In this document: piece by piece, positions 17,204 through 24,000 of the stretch
Position numbering within the stretch: position 1 is the first letter of the stretch
How the letters are laid out: each line of letters opens with the position of its first letter
DNA from: Paenibacillus alvei
GTDB lineage: Bacteria > Bacillota > Bacilli > Paenibacillales > NBRC-103111
NCBI GenBank assembly: GCA_945881905.1
Contig: CAMCVV010000001.1
Span: 60,983 to 84,982, forward strand
Direction of reading: 5' to 3'
Length of the DNA stretch: 24,000 nt
The notes under the pieces: model-generated
The model's input: only the letters and a program-made list of their open reading frames with translations
Told to the model about the DNA's origin: nothing
Databases searched by the model: none
Translations under genes and position numbers: made by a program

Positions 17204-17620
17204 ATGTTAAATGAAGAAGACAAAATAAGAATCAACGTACATATATTTGGGAATGAATACAAGCTTGTTTCTCATTCAAATCAAGCATATATGGAGAAAA
17301 TCGCGAGTTTTGTGAATAAACAAATGGAGGAAATGGCCGTTGTTTACCCGCGGTTAGATACACAACGACTAGCGACTTTGGTTTCACTCAATATTGCTGA
17401 CGAATTATTTCGCGCTTATGAATCTATTGCTCAAACTGATTTACAATTACATCACGAAAAAATCAAGCGTGTTGAAGAAAGTCATACACACAACTTGAAT
17501 CACGAACTCGTTGCGGTCAAAGCGCAATATGAACATTTAAAAGATGAATATAAAAAACTACAAACGGAATATAATGAATGGACACAACTCGTTGTTTTGC
17601 AAGATACCGAAAAGCAATAA
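17204..17620 (+). CDS. zapA: cell division protein ZapA (with an extended coiled-coil C-terminus)
   Basis: INVHIFGNEYKLVSHSNQAYMEKIASFVNKQMEEM....L.TLVSLNIADELF aligns by eye with Bacillus ZapA. AAGGAGG lies 10 nt upstream. Its position after pheST is the same as in B. subtilis. Confidence 0.85.
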   Translation: MLNEEDKIRINVHIFGNEYKLVSHSNQAYMEKIASFVNKQMEEMAVVYPRLDTQRLATLVSLNIADELFRAYESIAQTDLQLHHEKIKRVEESHTHNLNHELVAVKAQYEHLKDEYKKLQTEYNEWTQLVVLQDTEKQ

Positions 17621-17627
17621 ATGATCG

Positions 17628-17996
17628 TCACTCGACGATCAGAACAGATTTCATTTCTGCGTGACCTGCACCACACATTATGGTACATACGATATCGTAA
17701 CTACCTGTTTCATCCGGTGTGATGGTTACAGATTTGTTACTTTGGTCTAAGCTAACATCCAAATCTTTGATGCCGATTCCATGAAGGCCTTGCTCGTTTT
17801 CGAAAGTAATCGTAACCGGTTCGCCTTTCTTCACTTTGTATTCTGCAGCGTCGAATTTGAAATTAGAAGCCTTGATCAAGACCTGATTACTTGCAGGTTG
17901 CGTAGTAACATCAGGTGTAACTTCTTCACTAGCTCCACAAGCAGTTAAGATGGAAATGAGTACTATGGTCGTCATCAAGCAGATAATTTTTCTCAT
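17628..17996 (-). CDS. cupredoxin-fold lipoprotein with a complete CuA-type ligand motif
   Basis: Lipobox LTAC after a hydrophobic signal sequence. The C-terminal CTIMCGAGHAEM matches C-x3-C-G-x-G-H-x2-M of cytochrome oxidase subunit II CuA sites. The upstream His (GLHGIG) lies 32 residues before the first Cys. GGAGGG lies 7 nt before the ATG at 17996; the TTG at 17999 used in the track is less likely. Confidence 0.75.
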   Translation of the reverse strand: MRKIICLMTTIVLISILTACGASEEVTPDVTTQPASNQVLIKASNFKFDAAEYKVKKGEPVTITFENEQGLHGIGIKDLDVSLDQSNKSVTITPDETGSYDIVCTIMCGAGHAEMKSVLIVE

Positions 17997-18107
17997 CAAT
18001 ATACCCTCCAGGATTTATAATTACTTATTCTTTCATCATACAACATTTTGGCATAATAGAATTTGACAATTTAGTGAAAACACCAAAGAGATGAATTATA
18101 CGTTGAC

Positions 18108-18449
18108 TTAACGGGAATTCCTTCTTTTGATTGGAATAAACAGATCAGCCATGCCAATTATGAATGCAGCTAACAAAGAGCCTATGAAGGTAATCGATAT
18201 GCTTGTTATCCAAAATTGTGCAAACCAAATGACACAAGCACTGCACATAAAACCAATAACACCTCGACCAAAAGGTGAAATGTGTTTCCTTAAGATCGTT
18301 TCTATGATCCATGAGGATGTAGCGATTATGAATGCTAACCCCCATACGTTTGCGAATCCTGCGATCTTAAAACCTGGAACGATCCACCCCACGACCAGAA
18401 GCACGAATGCTAAGAAGAAGAATCTCCCGGTATGTATACATATACGCAT
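18108..18449 (-). CDS. small 4-TM membrane protein, possibly phage-holin-4/DUF360 (YvlD)-like
   Basis: ATG at 18449 lies 7 nt after AAGGAGG, giving 113 aa with four hydrophobic helices. WIVPGFKIAGFANVWGLAFI resembles the YvlD-type motif, but the family call is weak. The 186-aa ORF in the track is an upstream over-extension across the divergent promoter region. Confidence 0.55.
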   Translation of the reverse strand: MRICIHTGRFFFLAFVLLVVGWIVPGFKIAGFANVWGLAFIIATSSWIIETILRKHISPFGRGVIGFMCSACVIWFAQFWITSISITFIGSLLAAFIIGMADLFIPIKRRNSR

Positions 18450-18601
18450 GTTCTTATCCTCCTTGCCAATTACGTTATTCGCATAGATGAGTATAGTATA
18501 GCCTTCCATTGCTGTTTTATTGACGATTGGCTTGAGGGAATCTTCAACATAGTAAAGAATAACGGTTTTAGGTATAATACAACAAAGGGGTTGAAGCAAG
18601 T

Positions 18602-20968
18602 TTGAATAAAAAAATTTTAAAAACATTAGAATTTGAGAAAATTTTACATAGATTAAGCCATCATGCAATGACTACACAAGGTAAACTCAAAGTCGCTGGA
18701 CTTGGGCCTCTAGCAGATTATGAAACGGTTAAGCTTCGACTTGAAGTTACGAATGAAGCTGTGCATGTTGAACGGCTTCGTGGCAATGCTCCATTTGGTG
18801 GTATCCGGGATATACAAAGTGCAGTTTTGCGTGCAAAAATTGGAGGAGTTCTTAATCCTTCGGAATTGATCGATATCACGACTACGCTATTTAGCACACG
18901 CAGGCTCAAACGCTTTCTGATTGGAGTCGATCTTGATTTCAGCATACCTTTGATTAAACACTTAGCTAGTGAGCTTACCGAACACAAGCCTGTAGAAGAT
19001 GAGATTCATCGATGTATCGATGATCAAGGTGTTGTCATGGACAGTGCAAGTGCTGAGCTTAGTCGTATTCGCAGTACGCTTCGAACTGATGAAACCAGAG
19101 TTAAAGAAAAGCTTGAGCAAATGATTCGAAGCACAGCGAATCAAAAAATGCTCCAAGATCAAGTCATTACGATTCGAAACAACCGATATGTCATTCCAAT
19201 CAAACAAGAATATCGGAATCATTTTGGTGGGCTGATCCATGACCAATCAGCTTCAGGCGCAACGCTTTTTATTGAACCTGAATCCATATTGCAATTAAAT
19301 AATAAAATCAGAGAATCGAAATTAAAAGAAGAAGTTGAAATCGAAAAAATCCTAATGAAGTTAACTGCATGCATAACAGAAATTGCCGATCTGCTTGTAT
19401 CGGATATCGAGCTTTTAGCGGAATTGGATTTTATTTTCGCTAAAGCCGGATTAGCTAAAGGAATGAAAGCATCGTTTCCAATGATGAACAATCAAGGATG
19501 GATCAAAATCAAACGAGCGAGACATCCGCTTATTCCAGAAGATGTGGTTGTACCGTTAGATCTAGAGTTAGGTGATTCGTACACAGCGATCATTGTAACA
19601 GGTCCGAATACAGGCGGGAAAACCGTTACGTTGAAAACAGTAGGGATTTTATGTATTATGGCCATGTCGGGTTTATTCATCCCTGCAGAAGACGGAAGTC
19701 ACCTATGTATTTTTGATGCGATCTTTGCTGACATTGGAGATGAGCAAAGCATCGAGCAGAATTTGAGTACATTTTCTAGTCATATGACCAATATCATTTC
19801 GATTTTAGAAGATATGACAGCACATAGTCTGGTCTTACTAGATGAACTGGGTGCCGGAACTGATCCATCTGAAGGTTCAGCGTTGGCGATTGCGATTTTG
19901 GATTATATACATCAACGAGGCTGTAGAATGATTGCAACCACGCATTATTCAGAACTAAAAGCCTATGCTTTTCAAACACCAAGCACGATTAACGCGTCGA
20001 TGGAGTTCGATGTCCAAAAGTTAAGTCCTACCTATCGATTACTTGTAGGTGTTCCAGGTAGAAGTAACGCATTTGCGATTGCTTCAAGACTTGGATTGTC
20101 AGATCTGATTATTGAGCATGCACGTGGTCAAGTGGATGATGAGAAATTACGTGTTGAAGTCATGATCGCTTCGATAGAAGAGAATCGCTTCATCACCGAA
20201 AAGCAACGCATGCAAGCTGAACATCATCTGGTAGGTATTCAAGTCATGCAACTTGAACTCGAAAAACAGAAAAAGGAATTCGAGACTCAAAAAGATAAAC
20301 TGCTGACAAAAGCAAAATCAGAAGCAAAAGAAATGGTGATCCAAGCACGACATGAAGCAGACGTGATTATTTCGGATCTTCGTCGAATGGCTATGGAGGA
20401 AGCAGAAGGCATTAAAGAGCATCGCTTGATTGATGCTCGTCGTAGACTTGATCAAATTGAACATCAGTGGTTGGATAAGCCAAAAACGATCAGACAACAC
20501 TCGAAGAAAGTAACGTTCCACGCGGGTGATGCTGTTAAAGTGATCTCTTTAAACCAGAAAGGGCATATTGTTGAAATCATGAATCCACTAGCAGCATTAG
20601 TCCAACTTGGCGTAATGAAGATCAAAGTTAGTTTGAATGATGTAGAGAGTATTCAAGAACCCAAAGAAAGTAAACATATAGGGAAAACAGCAGCAAGTGT
20701 AAAGCGCACGAGAGACGAAACTTTGCGGACGGAGATAGATATTCGAGGACTGAATGTAGAAGAAGCATTGTTGGAAACAGATCGTTTTTTAGACGAATCT
20801 TTTTTAGCAAATTTGAATCAAGTTATTGTCATACATGGCAAAGGCACAGGTGTACTGCGTATAGGCATTCAAGATTACTTGCGAAGGAACAAGCATGTTA
20901 AAAGTTACCGAACAGGTACGTATTCTGAAGGTGGTCAAGGCGTAACGATTGTTGAAATCAATCGTTAA
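18602..20968 (+). CDS. mutS2: endonuclease MutS2 (MutS domain plus C-terminal Smr domain)
   Basis: Walker A GPNTGGKTV, LLDELGAGTDP..G and TTHY are present. The C-terminal Smr domain reads IDIRGLNVEEAL...VIVIHGKGTGVLR. The start is TTG at 18602. Confidence 0.95.
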   Translation: MNKKILKTLEFEKILHRLSHHAMTTQGKLKVAGLGPLADYETVKLRLEVTNEAVHVERLRGNAPFGGIRDIQSAVLRAKIGGVLNPSELIDITTTLFSTRRLKRFLIGVDLDFSIPLIKHLASELTEHKPVEDEIHRCIDDQGVVMDSASAELSRIRSTLRTDETRVKEKLEQMIRSTANQKMLQDQVITIRNNRYVIPIKQEYRNHFGGLIHDQSASGATLFIEPESILQLNNKIRESKLKEEVEIEKILMKLTACITEIADLLVSDIELLAELDFIFAKAGLAKGMKASFPMMNNQGWIKIKRARHPLIPEDVVVPLDLELGDSYTAIIVTGPNTGGKTVTLKTVGILCIMAMSGLFIPAEDGSHLCIFDAIFADIGDEQSIEQNLSTFSSHMTNIISILEDMTAHSLVLLDELGAGTDPSEGSALAIAILDYIHQRGCRMIATTHYSELKAYAFQTPSTINASMEFDVQKLSPTYRLLVGVPGRSNAFAIASRLGLSDLIIEHARGQVDDEKLRVEVMIASIEENRFITEKQRMQAEHHLVGIQVMQLELEKQKKEFETQKDKLLTKAKSEAKEMVIQARHEADVIISDLRRMAMEEAEGIKEHRLIDARRRLDQIEHQWLDKPKTIRQHSKKVTFHAGDAVKVISLNQKGHIVEIMNPLAALVQLGVMKIKVSLNDVESIQEPKESKHIGKTAASVKRTRDETLRTEIDIRGLNVEEALLETDRFLDESFLANLNQVIVIHGKGTGVLRIGIQDYLRRNKHVKSYRTGTYSEGGQGVTIVEINR

Positions 20969-21029
20969 TTGAGCATATACATGATAAGTCTACCGCAATC
21001 ATCACGAGGAGAATTGGAGTGAGGCGAGC

Positions 21030-21428
21030 TTGGTATCACATCCATATTTAGAAACGCTAGCTTTATTTTCGGTAACGATATTAGCGCTTGCAGTATGTTT
21101 GACTTTATTTGAGCTTGTAACCTCATATGACGATTGGGAAGAGATCAAATCAGGTAATCTATCTGTAGCTATGGCTATTGGCGGTAAGATTTTTGGGATT
21201 TGTAATATATTTCGTTTTTCGATCACCAATCATGATTCATTGATACAATCTGTCATTTGGGCAGGTTATGGATTTATATTATTAATACTATCCTATTTCA
21301 TCTTTGAATTTTTAACACCAAGGTTTAAAATTGATCAAGAAATCAAAAAAAACAATCTGGCTGTGGGATTACTGTCATTAAGTGTTTCTGTATCGATTTC
21401 ATATGTGATCGGAGCTAGCATCGGATGA
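21030..21428 (+). CDS. DUF350-family membrane protein (YshE-like)
   Basis: Repeated DUF350-type TM hairpins (LFELVTSYDDWEEIKSGNLSVAMAIGGKIFG). It occupies the same position after mutS2 as yshE in B. subtilis. TTG start lies 5 nt after GGAGTGAGG. Confidence 0.8.
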   Translation: MVSHPYLETLALFSVTILALAVCLTLFELVTSYDDWEEIKSGNLSVAMAIGGKIFGICNIFRFSITNHDSLIQSVIWAGYGFILLILSYFIFEFLTPRFKIDQEIKKNNLAVGLLSLSVSVSISYVIGASIG

Positions 21429-21508
21429 AGTATTTATGGGGAACTTTAGTTGTTCTAGCTTGTGTATTTGTAGGAGTAGGCATCTATTATTTGTATAAAT
21501 TCGCGTAA
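21425..21508 (+). CDS. candidate 27-aa single-TM micropeptide, translationally coupled to the DUF350 gene
   Basis: ATGA start/stop overlap at 21425-21428. It encodes MKYLWGTLVVLACVFVGVGIYYLYKFA, one clean hydrophobic helix with aromatic/basic flanks. It is not in the ORF track because it is below the size cutoff. There is no independent SD. Confidence 0.3.
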   Translation: MKYLWGTLVVLACVFVGVGIYYLYKFA

Positions 21509-21531
21509 ACACGAAGGGATGGACATGTATT

Positions 21532-22023
21532 ATGGAGATGGAACATTTAGCAATTTGTCCTTGGTGCGATACTGAAATTATATGGGATGGTGAGATCGGA
21601 CCTGAAGAGCATTGCCCGCATTGCTACAGTGAGCTAGGTGCCTACCGAAGCATTCAGATTTCACTTCAAGACGAAGAGGATGATGAACAATTACCGCAAA
21701 AACTGAAGTCAGAAGATCTCCTTGATGATCAAGCATGGGAAGGTAAAGATGATGTCATCTATACCGAAAATATCCAAAAATTGGTTTCAGCACAGAAAGA
21801 AACACTTGAGTGCAACCATTGTTTTGAATTCCTTCTATACATGGGCGTGGAATCGATGCAAGCGGAGAACTTCACATCTGCAACTGCAAAATTATTAGAA
21901 AAAGATGTGGTTTATGCTCCTATGGATATGGATGTATATGTGTGTCCAACTTGTTTTAAAGTAGAAAAATATATATCTGTACAATCTCGTGTGAAATGGA
22001 TGTCACAATTTACGAAAGAATGA
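21532..22023 (+). CDS. hypothetical protein with two CxxC...CxxC zinc-ribbon modules separated by an acidic linker
   Basis: The N-terminal module is CPWC-x15-CPHC. The C-terminal module is CNHC-x43-CPTC. The acidic stretch is QDEEDDEQ...DLLDDQAWEGKDD. I recognise no family. Confidence 0.55.
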   Translation: MEMEHLAICPWCDTEIIWDGEIGPEEHCPHCYSELGAYRSIQISLQDEEDDEQLPQKLKSEDLLDDQAWEGKDDVIYTENIQKLVSAQKETLECNHCFEFLLYMGVESMQAENFTSATAKLLEKDVVYAPMDMDVYVCPTCFKVEKYISVQSRVKWMSQFTKE

Positions 22024-22085
22024 GACTATCCTGTGTGGGGAAACCTAATTCTATGTAATCATGACATAGAATCTAGGTGAACTCG

Positions 22086-23351
22086 ATGTATGATGATCCA
22101 TCGCCACATCAATTTAAAGGTAAGTGGAAGCTTAATCATGTTAACAATTCTCATTTTCGATTAACACATCAAAGCAAAATTTTGATTGCCGTCTACGGTT
22201 GTTTTACGACAGCGAGTGCATGCTCGAATACGTTTTTGGGCATATATTTGTGGAAATCTTCACGTGATCTAGCGCTTATTGGATGGTTTACGCTTGCTCT
22301 TCATATCGCTATGGCTTTCACTTTTTGGGTAGGTGGAAAATGGATCAAAGAATACAACAAAATGATCAGTTTGAGAGTAGGTATTATGTTCTCTGCTGTT
22401 TTTTATGTGTTGATATTATGGCTGAGTCATGGAAGTATCCAATACATTTTTATATTAGGTTTAATACAAGGCATTGCTTCTGGTATGTTTTGGCTTGCCT
22501 TTAATGTGATATATTTTGAAGTTACAAATCGTAATGATCGAGATCGCTTCAACAGCTACACGGGATTACTTACCTCGATTGCAGGCATGTTCGCACCTTG
22601 GGTATCCGGAATTATTGTTACACGATTCGTTAACGATAATGGATATCGGATTATTTTTTTAATTTCCCTTGTGATCTACGTGATCGGTGTGTTGATTAGT
22701 CTGTTATTAAACAAACGTCAATTACATGGTCATTATGAGTGGTTTTTTGCTTGGGAGTGCTTGAGAAAGCGACATACGCCTTGGAGGCAAGTGAGTCTTG
22801 CTTTAGTGGCTCAAGGGGCTAGAGATGCAGTTTTTGGTTTTTTTATTAGTTTACTGGTGTACACCTATACATCTAGTGAAGCCACTTTAGGGAATTATAT
22901 GCTCTTCACTTCATTGGTTTCCTTCATCAGTTATTGGTGGATCGGCAAATGGATAACTCCTCGAGTTAGAAGACGCGCTATGTTTATCGGTGTGTTGATG
23001 CTCGTGGTGGTGATGCTTCCGTTATTATGGGAAGTGAATGGATTCACATTATTTGTATTTGGTATGGGTACTTCTATATGTATGCCACTCTACGCATTAC
23101 CTATGCTTACGACTGTATTTGATTTGATAGGATCAAATCAACAAAGCGCAGAAAAACGAGAAGAATTCGTGGTACTTCGTGAATTATGCTTGAATGTAGG
23201 GAGAATGCTCAGCACTTCAGCTTTCATTATCGTTGCTTCTGTAGCACAATCACTTGAAGAGATGATGGTCTTCCTCGTAATCGTCGGATGCTTACCTTGG
23301 CTCAGCTGGTTCTTGATTAGCAAAAAATTTCCTTTTGCTGGTGTGGGTTGA
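22086..23351 (+). CDS. MFS-type transporter (about 12 TM), substrate unknown
   Basis: Polytopic hydrophobic protein with an MFS-like organisation and a loop motif after TM2 (GGKWIKEYNKM). ATG at 22086 lies 5 nt after AGGTGA. The GTG at 22077 in the track overlaps that SD. Confidence 0.75.
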   Translation: MYDDPSPHQFKGKWKLNHVNNSHFRLTHQSKILIAVYGCFTTASACSNTFLGIYLWKSSRDLALIGWFTLALHIAMAFTFWVGGKWIKEYNKMISLRVGIMFSAVFYVLILWLSHGSIQYIFILGLIQGIASGMFWLAFNVIYFEVTNRNDRDRFNSYTGLLTSIAGMFAPWVSGIIVTRFVNDNGYRIIFLISLVIYVIGVLISLLLNKRQLHGHYEWFFAWECLRKRHTPWRQVSLALVAQGARDAVFGFFISLLVYTYTSSEATLGNYMLFTSLVSFISYWWIGKWITPRVRRRAMFIGVLMLVVVMLPLLWEVNGFTLFVFGMGTSICMPLYALPMLTTVFDLIGSNQQSAEKREEFVVLRELCLNVGRMLSTSAFIIVASVAQSLEEMMVFLVIVGCLPWLSWFLISKKFPFAGVG

Positions 23352-23422
23352 CTTGACAATGTCAACAATAATAGGTACTAATAAATGATATATAGTCACA
23401 TATTGGGGGGTATCGTTTCTTG

Positions 23423-24000
23423 ATGAAATCTAAAATGGTCAACAATGTAACAGAACTCATCGGAGATACGCCAGCAGTACGTATCCAAAGACTAACTGAA
23501 CCTGATGATGCAGAATTATATGTGAAACTGGAGTACTTCAACCCAAGTGGTAGTATCAAAGATCGTGCCGCGTTTAATATGATTGATCAAGCAGAAAAAG
23601 ATGGATTACTCAAGCCAGGTGGAACAATTATAGAGCCAACCAGTGGGAATACGGGTATTGGACTTGCAATGAACGCAGCTGCAAAAGGATACAAAGCCAT
23701 TCTTATTTTACCAGATAATATGTCTAAAGAAAGAATTAACATACTTAAAGCTTATGGTGCTGAAGTATATCTCACTCCTGCTCGAGAGCGCATGCCGGGT
23801 GCGATTGAGAAAGCTTTGGAATTGCACAAACAAATTCCAAACAGCTTCATTCCACAACAATTTGAAAATCTAGCGAATCCAGCTATTCACCGCATAACGA
23901 CAGCCTTGGAAATCATCGAGCAAATGCAAGGAAAGTTAGATGCATTCGTAGCTACAGCAGGCACAGGTGGAACGATCACCGGCACAGGTGAAGTACTTCG
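23423..24000 (+). CDS. cysK: cysteine synthase A (O-acetylserine sulfhydrylase); 3' end cut by the window edge
   Basis: ELIGDTP..R, the PLP-lysine motif NPSGSIKDRAA, EPTSGNTGIGLA and ATAGTGGTITG. The frame is open to the window end. The start is uncertain: TTG 23420, ATG 23423 or ATG 23435. Confidence 0.9.
   Translation, partial: MKSKMVNNVTELIGDTPAVRIQRLTEPDDAELYVKLEYFNPSGSIKDRAAFNMIDQAEKDGLLKPGGTIIEPTSGNTGIGLAMNAAAKGYKAILILPDNMSKERINILKAYGAEVYLTPARERMPGAIEKALELHKQIPNSFIPQQFENLANPAIHRITTALEIIEQMQGKLDAFVATAGTGGTITGTGEVL

Noticed and set aside
17623-17640. 7-bp hairpin GATCGTC-actc-GACGATC between convergent zapA and the cupredoxin gene
   Set aside because: The stem is short, there is no flanking T-run on either strand, and it overlaps the cupredoxin stop codon. 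That is not enough to call a bidirectional terminator.
18450-18668. Upstream extension of the 4-TM protein ORF, and the 119-aa plus-strand ORF 18127..18486
   Set aside because: The extension crosses the mutS2 start and promoter region and lacks an SD. The plus-strand ORF is a shadow frame antisense to the membrane protein gene.
23347-23366. Nested palindromes GTTGAC/GTCAAC and TTGACAaTGTCAA at the MFS stop codon and cysK upstream region
   Set aside because: They are short and lack a following T-run. The TTGACA is equally explained as a -35 hexamer for cysK. I cannot match them to a CymR-type site from memory.
1-24000. Scan for tRNA/rRNA genes, CRISPR repeats, IS elements, integrases or direct repeats flanking the bacteriocin block
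   Set aside because: None was recognised by eye. All long ORFs are accounted for by the genes listed. The many 60-135-aa track ORFs inside larger genes (for example 4121..4528, 5954..6265, 9781..10105 and 18718..19680) are alternate-frame or antisense shadows without SDs.

Overview
Chromosomal segment from a low-GC Gram-positive bacterium. Gene order looks Bacillales-like (pheST-zapA...mutS2-DUF350). GC is roughly 40% by eye and was not computed. Most of the window is housekeeping: the 3' part of a GlcF-like Fe-S oxidoreductase, an IDEAL-domain protein, thyA-folA, T-box-controlled pheS-pheT, zapA, mutS2, a DUF350 protein, a double zinc-ribbon protein, an MFS permease and the 5' part of cysK. 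There is also a metal cluster: YcnI-like protein, NiCoT nickel/cobalt permease, DUF2203 protein and a YcnJ-like CopC-CopD fusion. A CuA-motif cupredoxin lipoprotein and a small 4-TM protein sit on the opposite strand between zapA and mutS2. The stand-out is a compact, apparently AT-richer block at about 7.16-12.48 kb. It starts with a 76-aa double-glycine-leader bacteriocin precursor. The predicted 53-aa mature peptide has seven glycines at exact i+4 spacing, bracketed by Cys2 and Cys50. Next comes a polytopic M48 (Ste24/HtpX-type) zinc metalloprotease in the position where class II loci normally carry an immunity gene, then a C39-peptidase ABC exporter and an HlyD-type accessory protein. I recognised no tRNA, rRNA, CRISPR array, transposase or integrase. 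All family assignments come from motif recognition by eye, and no database search was run.
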